The notes under the pieces are model-generated. The model did not search any database. It saw nothing but the letters and a program-made list of their open reading frames with translations, and was not told the origin of the DNA. DNA of 32,000 bases from the NCBI GenBank assembly GCA_964480775.1, contig CAYZRF010000003.1:1-32000 (forward strand), read 5' to 3'. The translations under genes were made by a program, and so were the position numbers. Below, piece after piece: positions 26,180 to 32,000 of this stretch. This DNA is from an uncultured Nitrososphaerota archaeon. Its GTDB lineage: Archaea; Korarchaeota; Korarchaeia; Korarchaeales; Korarchaeaceae. The number at the start of each line of letters is the position of its first letter. The first letter of the stretch is position 1.

Positions 26180-26883
26180 AGAAGTTTTTCTTTTTTCAGA
26201 ATTGTTTTAACAAGCTTTCTAACTGCTTCATTTATGTTTTTTCCAGTAAGTGCGCTGGTATTAAGATAACCAACGAAACCAAACTCTTGAACATACTTCA
26301 TAGGATTTCCAGAGATTTTTACACCTAAATCGCTTTTTGTCCCTATAAGAAGCATAGGAACCTCGCCGAGATTATCTCTAACCTCTTTTACCCATCCTGG
26401 GACATCTCGAAAGCTTTTATCGTCCACTAGACTGAATGCCACAAAGCCACCAGCACTTCCTCTGTAAAAGTTCGGTCTCATAAGGCCAAACCTTTCCTGA
26501 CCAGCTAGATCCCAAATCACCAATCTAATCAGATATCTTTCAATAAAATGGTGTTTTGAGTAGAAATCCACACCTATAGTGGTCTTATAGCTCTTATCAA
26601 AACTTCCCAAGGCAAATCTTCTACAAAATGATGTTTTACCCACTCTTGGGTTGCCACACACAAAAAGCTTGATAGGTATCGTTCCTTTGAGGAGATTTAC
26701 CTCCCCTAAGATCTCTATGACTCTATCATGCCCGAAGGCACTAAGGGCTTTTTCATATAGGGACGTAAGAACGAAATCATCTAACTCTACGTCATCTCCT
26801 AAACTCATTTCAAAAATCCAATTATCTAATTGCTCCCCAAAGTAACTTTTAAGCAATTCTTTGTATTCAGCCAGCTTCGGCAA
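26176..26883 (-). CDS. Rab-like Ras-superfamily small GTPase with a ~70-aa N-terminal extension
   Basis: G1 GNPRVGKT (aa 77-84), switch I YKTTIGVDF, G3 WDLAGQERF, G4 GTKSD, G5 TSAL. Rab-family-like strings are IGVDF, RLVIWD and FYRGSAGG. There is no C-terminal Cys (it ends KKEKLL). TTG start lies 9 nt after AAGGAGGT. Confidence 0.85.
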   Translation of the reverse strand: MPKLAEYKELLKSYFGEQLDNWIFEMSLGDDVELDDFVLTSLYEKALSAFGHDRVIEILGEVNLLKGTIPIKLFVCGNPRVGKTSFCRRFALGSFDKSYKTTIGVDFYSKHHFIERYLIRLVIWDLAGQERFGLMRPNFYRGSAGGFVAFSLVDDKSFRDVPGWVKEVRDNLGEVPMLLIGTKSDLGVKISGNPMKYVQEFGFVGYLNTSALTGKNINEAVRKLVKTILKKEKLL

Positions 26884-27619
26884 GCTCTATAACCTCCTTG
26901 AGCCCTCTCACCTTCTTAAAATAAAAGAATGCCAAGAAAGTGAGAAAAATGAAGGAAAAGGAGGCTATCACCTCTTCAAATGGCTTAAGGACGGTGAACA
27001 GAGTATAGGTCTTCTCGCCGTATCTTATAAAGTCAGAAATCATTGAAGGAAGGGCAGCAATCTGAATAGAGGCTAAAACATCGTTTGGAAGGCCTCTTGG
27101 GAATAGAAGAACGCTAATACTAGCGAGAAAGAAGCAGATCAAATCAAAGGCAACATAACTCAATAGAATTGGAGACTGCTGGGCTAAGTACAGCATGAAA
27201 AGGGGCAGAAAAACAAGGACGATCTTGACAGATTTTCTTCCAGTAGCTGCAAACCATCTGACGGAAATCATCTTTGATATCCCATATAAGAGGCTCATGT
27301 ATCCTATCAAGTTAGCTAATGCTGAAATTTGATACAATCTAAAGTTTGGAGAAAGAAAGTAAAGAAGCTTTTGGGCAACTCCAGAGAACAAGACAAATAT
27401 CGCAATGGAAAGCGACATCACCCTAGCAGTTGATCCACTTGAGTGTAAAGTAGCAGTTAAGAGCCATAAAATCGCACCAATTGTGGACAGTGCTATGAAC
27501 AAAACAACTTGAATGATCTTTGATCCTTTTATAAGGAGAAAAAATTGGACCCCAGAGAAGGAAAAGGAAAAAAGACCGAGGAGGAAAATCTCACTGAAGG
27601 ATAGCGAAGGTCGCTCCAA
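26867..27619 (-). CDS. Polytopic membrane protein (about 8 TM), unknown family, middle gene of the GTPase operon
   Basis: 250 aa with eight hydrophobic segments. TTG start is preceded by GGTGGTG. The 3' end overlaps the GTPase start by 17 nt. Confidence 0.7.
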   Translation of the reverse strand: MERPSLSFSEIFLLGLFSFSFSGVQFFLLIKGSKIIQVVLFIALSTIGAILWLLTATLHSSGSTARVMSLSIAIFVLFSGVAQKLLYFLSPNFRLYQISALANLIGYMSLLYGISKMISVRWFAATGRKSVKIVLVFLPLFMLYLAQQSPILLSYVAFDLICFFLASISVLLFPRGLPNDVLASIQIAALPSMISDFIRYGEKTYTLFTVLKPFEEVIASFSFIFLTFLAFFYFKKVRGLKEVIELAEAG

Positions 27620-27629
27620 GGGGCACCAC

Positions 27630-28544
27630 CTACATCAGCTCTTTTACGGTTTGCCTTAACTTCCTTAAAGCCATTTCAAGGGTGTAACCCTGTCTCCTAA
27701 GGGCATCTATATCCTTTTGAAGACTCTTCACGGGTTCAGAGTAAAGCAGAGAATATACCCTAAGAAGAGCTCTATACTCGGGCTCTATAGAGCTTGGAAC
27801 ATAAGATATAGCGTCGGTTGCAGATCTAAGTTCACCTAGAGTCCTTAAACGCTCAATCTTTTGAATTACAGACTGTATATCGACTCCTTCCTCTTTAATG
27901 CCGAGGAAAACGATACCCTCGGATCCTATTGGAGCTAAAATAACTGGTCCCAAAGCACTTTTAATCTTCATAATGGCTCCGCTTTCTGCCATTGAGTTGA
28001 CTTTATCTCCAAATTTATCTTTGAGATCCTCACAGAACTTGATAATGTTCTTAGATGGCATGTTGCCTTTTGTGTGCCACCTATTCTCCCTCTCATCATA
28101 GAAACCGACAAAAGTAACTCCAGAGATCTTCGCTAAATCTAATCTAGCAAACTCTCCTAATCCAACAGTACCTAATACGATCTTATCTACCTCTTGTTGA
28201 AACTCTTTGGATGTCTCGGCACTAAGAGACTGTGGTCCCTCTCCAAACTTTCTCTGGAAAACCGTGGCTAGCTCTTCACTAACTTTTTCTGCAAGAGCCG
28301 GATCGAGCTCTCTTTCAGCATAAATAACGAACAGAAAATCGCCAGAATTATAAAACGATATAAAATCCTTACCTACAGAAAAATAGCCAGAACTAGTCTT
28401 TCCAATTTCCTCTACAAGTGGCATTATCATGCTTAGAATGCCCGCCGTTGCTGTCATCTGAGAATTTGTGAATGAGCCGTAGTTACGTCGAAATAGCACT
28501 ACGCCAGCATTTCTATCGATCACAAGAATGTCATGAACTGGCAA
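27630..28544 (-). CDS. Putative GTPase regulator: longin-like N-domain + Roadblock/LC7-like domain + helical tail
   Basis: Topology read from hydrophobic periodicity only. Residues 1-100 read as beta-beta-alpha-beta-beta-beta-alpha (ILVIDRNAGVVLFRRNY / ATAGILSMIMPLVEEIG / YFSVGKDFISFYNSGDFLFVIYA / PALAEKVSEELATVFQRKF). Residues 113-232 read as alpha-beta-beta-alpha-beta-beta-beta-alpha (KEFQQEVDKIVLG / FARLDLA..VTFVGFYD / SKNIIKFCEDLKDKFGDKV / AIMKIKS, PVILAPIG, GIVFLGIKE / IQSVIQKIERL). Residues 233-304 are helical. TTG start. Confidence 0.45.
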   Translation of the reverse strand: MPVHDILVIDRNAGVVLFRRNYGSFTNSQMTATAGILSMIMPLVEEIGKTSSGYFSVGKDFISFYNSGDFLFVIYAERELDPALAEKVSEELATVFQRKFGEGPQSLSAETSKEFQQEVDKIVLGTVGLGEFARLDLAKISGVTFVGFYDERENRWHTKGNMPSKNIIKFCEDLKDKFGDKVNSMAESGAIMKIKSALGPVILAPIGSEGIVFLGIKEEGVDIQSVIQKIERLRTLGELRSATDAISYVPSSIEPEYRALLRVYSLLYSEPVKSLQKDIDALRRQGYTLEMALRKLRQTVKELM

Positions 28545-28572
28545 TGATGTTCAATGTTTAATGATCTTATTG

Positions 28573-28581
28573 TAATTTAAT
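28573..28581 (-). promoter_or_regulatory. TATA-like box (ATTAAATTA on the minus strand) upstream of the GTPase operon
   Basis: It lies 28 nt upstream of TTG 28544, and no SD sits in between. This is consistent with a short-leader or leaderless archaeal transcript. A pattern match only. Confidence 0.25.
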
Positions 28582-28931
28582 TCTTTTGTTGGATTGGAAG
28601 TACAGCTTAATCACTTTAATCCAGTTTTGTTAATATATTTTTTCAAACAGAAAAAATTACTTTTTAGAAATCTTTTTCATAGTAGAGTCCCGAATGAAAA
28701 TAGGGGAAACGCTACACCTGGTTTTACTTGTTGGGTTCAACTTCGCTGCCAGCTTAAAAGATTTTAATTTTTAATTCACATTTAGTTCAAATAGAAAAAA
28801 CATTTATGTTCACTAACTGAGCAATGCCTTTTAATTCGAAGGCGAGCAACGCTAAGGGTTTTCTTCATCAAGTAATAAATTAGATATTTACCTGAGATGT
28901 TTATTTTCTATGTCCTGGTGTTGAACAATGT

Positions 28932-29330
28932 ATGCCTGAAAAAACTCTAAGAACGGGAATTAAGAAAGAGATTAGAGTTATGATAAGAGAAGAACATTCT
29001 GCGAAGTCTGTCGGTAGTGGAGATGTAAAAGTTCTTTCAACGCCATCTATGATAGCCTTTATTGAGGCAGTATCAAGGGATCTCGTCCAACCATATCTTC
29101 CGGACGGCTACACTACCGTTGGAACCCATGTTGATGTAAGACATCTTGCCCCAGCTCCCATAGGAAGAGAGATAGATGTAAAATCAGAGCTAATATCCAT
29201 AGATGGAAGGAAACTTACTTTCAAAGTCGAAGTGTTTTGGAATGAGAAAATTATAGGTGAGGGAAAACACGAACGGTATATAGTTAACTTAGAGCGCTTC
29301 TTAGACAAAATAAGAAAGAATATCACTTAA
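28932..29330 (+). CDS. Hotdog-fold thioesterase (COG5496 / FlK-like)
   Basis: HSAKSVGSGDVKVLSTPSMIAFIEAVS matches the h-tA..lGSG.l.VlaTP.mia.mE pattern of this family. 132 aa. Confidence 0.7.
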   Translation: MPEKTLRTGIKKEIRVMIREEHSAKSVGSGDVKVLSTPSMIAFIEAVSRDLVQPYLPDGYTTVGTHVDVRHLAPAPIGREIDVKSELISIDGRKLTFKVEVFWNEKIIGEGKHERYIVNLERFLDKIRKNIT

Positions 29331-30651
29331 ATAGAATCCATCTAAATCTTCTTACAGCAAGTATTATTGTTAAGAATAAGAAAGGAGTTAAAAGGAACAA
29401 CAATAAGAGAAACTGTCTCTGTTCCAAGCTCATTTCTATTTCCATAGCCATGGACAGAGCTTTTTGACTATGAATATAAGCACTAGAAAAGCTACCTTGA
29501 TCTAATTCCCTCAATGATTCTTCTATAAGATCTCTAATTTCCTTTAGATATGTGCTATTCTGAGCTTTATTCACCTGGAAAAGGATTTTCTCAACTCTAT
29601 TGATTGAAGAAAGTGTTTTTTGGGCTTCAGGTATTGGAGCCCAGACTGCTTTGGCTCTTAATACAACTCCTTTAACTTTAGGATCTAAAGTCGGCAAATA
29701 ACTCCAACCTAAATATCTAGAGCTACCTCCTCTTCTCACAAAAGCAAAAGAAGTGTCTCTTAGTGAAAATAGAAACTCTCTTGTGTTATACCCCTCATCA
29801 TAAGTTACGTCGACTGGAAGCCATCCATAGTTTGGGATGTAGACCTCTACCCACCTGTGGAACATGTAATCAATAATTTCCGTTGTAAGCATATTTCCAG
29901 CTAGGCTTGGATCTATTACAGTTCCACCAGCAAACCTTGAAGGAACCCCGGCTGCTCTACATAGAGAAATATAAACAAAAGTGTATTCGGAGCAGGACCC
30001 CTCTCCTCTCCTTAGAGTGGTTGGGGCATCATCCCATCTCGAGTCCAGTTTATAGCTGAGTCTCTCTATAACATAATCATGAAGACGCACTACAATGTTA
30101 TATGCACTTTTTGTGTCTCCAATAGCTTCATCAATACAAGAAATGACTATAGGATCTTGAATTTTGTACATTTCTTCGTCTCTAGTGTAGAGCACTCTTA
30201 TTTGTTCTGGAATTTCACTTAAAGACCCAATTTTTTCGGGATCTACGCTGTACTCGATTGAAACAAGCCTTGCTACGCAAGACATACTTATCTCTTGGAT
30301 CTCACCCTCTTTCATAGAGGAAATTTTGAACATTGCAATGCTTTGATTCCACTCATCCTGTAGTATTTCATCTGGATCTCTACTAAAACTTAGAGAAATC
30401 ACTTTCTGATTGTCTGCATCGAATGGTATCGGGAAATATACATCAAATGCTTCAGATATGTCTCTATCGCTGAAAATGTAAATGAACAAGGTAATGTTAA
30501 CATATCTAGTGTTGTTATTCATAGTTTGCACGTTTTTGTTAAAGGATTGCAGGTAAGAGCCTATCAAAATTAGAATGATAACAATAGCAAAGCTTACAGA
30601 AATCGCTGATTTTTTGCCCTCGATAATCTTTAGCATCCTTGATGTAATCAT
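29323..30651 (-). CDS. Transglutaminase-like cysteine protease-fold protein, bitopic (N- and C-terminal TM)
   Basis: Cys-His-Asp core: GEGSCSEYTFVYISLCRAAGVPSRFAGG, FHRWVEVY, GWLPVDVT. TM helices lie at both ends. The stop overlaps the thioesterase gene by 8 nt. Confidence 0.8.
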   Translation of the reverse strand: MITSRMLKIIEGKKSAISVSFAIVIILILIGSYLQSFNKNVQTMNNNTRYVNITLFIYIFSDRDISEAFDVYFPIPFDADNQKVISLSFSRDPDEILQDEWNQSIAMFKISSMKEGEIQEISMSCVARLVSIEYSVDPEKIGSLSEIPEQIRVLYTRDEEMYKIQDPIVISCIDEAIGDTKSAYNIVVRLHDYVIERLSYKLDSRWDDAPTTLRRGEGSCSEYTFVYISLCRAAGVPSRFAGGTVIDPSLAGNMLTTEIIDYMFHRWVEVYIPNYGWLPVDVTYDEGYNTREFLFSLRDTSFAFVRRGGSSRYLGWSYLPTLDPKVKGVVLRAKAVWAPIPEAQKTLSSINRVEKILFQVNKAQNSTYLKEIRDLIEESLRELDQGSFSSAYIHSQKALSMAMEIEMSLEQRQFLLLLFLLTPFLFLTIILAVRRFRWILFK

Positions 30652-30731
30652 GGCTTTATCCTTAATACATTTAACACATCCTAATCATTCCTATTTTATT
30701 TATTATTACAAGAAGAGCTTGAAGGTTTGAA

Positions 30732-31277
30732 ATGTCGTTCCGATACGATGATGTGGTTATAGAGGTTCTTGATGGAGACATTACTGAGATGATGGTTGAT
30801 GCCATCGTAAATCCAGCAAACTCTTACCTATTAATGGGGGGTGGTGTTGCTGGAGCTATTAAGAGAAAAGGGGGTGTAGAGATAGAAAAAGAAGCTAGAA
30901 AAATGGCTCCAATAGAGATAGGTCAAGCAATTGTGACACCCGCTGGAAATCTCCCTACTAAATGGATCATACATGCTCCCACGGTTAAACGCCCCGCGGG
31001 AAAAGCATCTTTAGAATCTGTTTCTCTAGCTACAAGAGCAGCCCTAAGAATTGCGGAAAGAATTGGTGCTCGGTCTTTAGCCTTTCCTATAATGGGAACG
31101 GGGGTCGGTGGGCTTTCTATTGCGAAAGCTGCAAAAACCATGCTCAATGAGATAACATCACACATAAACCATGGGACAAACCTTAGAAAAATTGTATTGG
31201 TCGCATGGGGAGAAAAAGCATTTGCAGATCTCTTTTCTGTAGCAAAAGGATTGCTAAAATCTTACGCCACGAAATGA
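30732..31277 (+). CDS. Macro domain protein (ADP-ribose binding/hydrolase, AF1521-like)
   Basis: GDITEMMVDAIVNPANSYLLMGGGVAGAI and FPIMGTGVGGL are canonical macro-domain motifs. 181 aa. Confidence 0.9.
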   Translation: MSFRYDDVVIEVLDGDITEMMVDAIVNPANSYLLMGGGVAGAIKRKGGVEIEKEARKMAPIEIGQAIVTPAGNLPTKWIIHAPTVKRPAGKASLESVSLATRAALRIAERIGARSLAFPIMGTGVGGLSIAKAAKTMLNEITSHINHGTNLRKIVLVAWGEKAFADLFSVAKGLLKSYATK

Positions 31278-31366
31278 CCTCTTAGGCGTAGAATACTAAT
31301 TCCCTCTAGGACTAAAGATAGCAAACCTCAAAAATCCTTAGTACATAGGGTTCAAATTAGTTTTGC

Positions 31367-32000
31367 TCAGCCAATCCTCTCCTTTCTAACTATCACCTTC
31401 TCTAACATGTCTTCTTTAACTTCAACTCCTATTCCGGGCGCGCTAGGAACACTTATTGTTCCATCAGGGTTTAGCCTCCACTCAGGTTCCACAATGTCCT
31501 CTTTGAAGTATCTAGAACTTGCAGATATATCGTTGGGGAATTTAACTCCAGGAAGTGAAGCCATAGCTACCAAGAAACCTCTTCCTATCCCGGTCTCAAG
31601 CATTCCTCCAATCCATATGGGGATTCCCAAACTCAAACATAGATCGTGAATTTCCAATCCCTTAGTAATGCCACCAACTCTTGAGGGCTTCAGATTTACT
31701 ATTTCACAGCTTCCTAGAAGATAAGCAGCCTTCACATCAAAAATAGTTTTGATACTTTCATCTAAGCAAATTGGAGTAGAGATCTTTCTAGCGAGCTGAG
31801 AGTGATCGGCTAAATCATCCTCATCTAGCGGCTGTTCTATCATAAGAAGGTCAAATTGATCAAGCTTTCTGAGAGAAGAATAATCATCAAGTGTATAAGC
31901 AGCGTTTGCATCTACTTGGAGGAGGATATCTGGATACTCTCTTCTAACCTTTTTTAGCACCTCTACATCCCATCCTGGCTTTATTTTCAGCTTAACCCTT
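31367..32000 (-). CDS. Enolase-superfamily enzyme, o-succinylbenzoate synthase / N-acylamino-acid racemase type (N-terminus outside the window)
   Basis: VDANAAY, LMIEQPL and ICLDES metal-ligand motifs. The frame stays open upstream of the track's GTG to the window edge (..VKLKIKPGWDVEVLKKV..). Confidence 0.8.
   Translation of the reverse strand, partial: RVKLKIKPGWDVEVLKKVRREYPDILLQVDANAAYTLDDYSSLRKLDQFDLLMIEQPLDEDDLADHSQLARKISTPICLDESIKTIFDVKAAYLLGSCEIVNLKPSRVGGITKGLEIHDLCLSLGIPIWIGGMLETGIGRGFLVAMASLPGVKFPNDISASSRYFKEDIVEPEWRLNPDGTISVPSAPGIGVEVKEDMLEKVIVRKERIG

Noticed and set aside
28733-28740. GGGTTCAA strings resembling a tRNA T-loop (also at 31348-31357)
   Set aside because: The flanking bases cannot form the 5-bp T stem, and no acceptor or anticodon arms can be drawn.
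28545-28931. Replication origin (AT-rich region; TCCAGT resembles part of a mini-ORB)
   Set aside because: There is only a single partial match, no inverted ORB pair, and no adjacent orc1/cdc6 gene.
21251-31277. KptA and the macro domain protein as a linked ADP-ribose-phosphate processing system
   Set aside because: The link is biochemically plausible (Tpt1 makes ADP-ribose 1'',2''-cyclic phosphate, and some macro domains process its derivative). However, the genes are about 9 kb apart in different transcription units, so there is no genomic support.
3057-31649. The remaining short ORFs in the track that lie antisense to or inside larger genes. Examples: 3057, 3419, 6008, 7337, 8828, 9131, 10121, 10160, 12104, 13187, 13530, 15521, 15594, 15712, 17636, 17724, 18389, 18735, 18748, 19279, 20734, 21490, 23883, 24564, 24969, 25245, 25491, 25683, 25816, 26651, 26861, 27898, 29108, 30923, 31407
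   Set aside because: Each is fully overlapped by a longer ORF with recognisable motifs or membrane-protein character. None has recognisable motifs.
1-32000. CRISPR arrays, transposases/integrases, prophage or defence islands
   Set aside because: By eye I found no spaced direct-repeat arrays, no recombinase-like ORFs, and no flanking long direct or inverted repeats.

Overview
Gene-dense, AT-rich segment that looks archaeal. It carries about 33 protein genes on both strands. Gaps are short, three convergent gene pairs abut or overlap at their 3' ends, several starts have GGAGG-type Shine-Dalgarno sites, and TTG/GTG starts are common. Proteins are rich in Lys/Glu/Ile, which suggests a thermophile, but I cannot assign a taxon from sequence alone. 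No database search or structure prediction was run; every family call comes from motifs read by eye and remembered family consensus. I saw no rRNA, tRNA, CRISPR array, transposase or integrase. Most genes are ordinary metabolism or housekeeping: nitroreductase, OYE flavin oxidoreductase, M42 peptidase, MTA/SAH deaminase, UbiA prenyltransferase, endonuclease III, ferredoxin, adenine deaminase, MBL hydrolase, 6-phospho-3-hexuloisomerase, hotdog thioesterase, macro domain protein and an OSBS-type enolase. The main candidate for a new system is a tightly coupled minus-strand operon (28544 down to 26176). It encodes a 304-aa protein that reads as a fused longin-like plus Roadblock/LC7-like regulator, then a roughly 8-TM membrane protein, then a Rab-like small GTPase with a 70-aa N-terminal extension. 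Secondary points: (1) a plus-strand envelope cluster (9594-16063) with a 1081-aa UPF0182-like membrane protein, a coupled mini membrane protein, and a beta-helix surface protein with a cytoplasmic SHOCT-like tail; (2) a membrane-anchored homolog of D-glucuronyl C5-epimerase; (3) a PhoPQ-related (PqaA-type) hydrolase; (4) a divergent HD phosphohydrolase; (5) three gene lesions within 3 kb, namely kptA with an in-frame TGA at a Trp position, a frameshifted CDF transporter, and a PHI gene whose conserved N-terminus is cut off from its ATG by a C-run.
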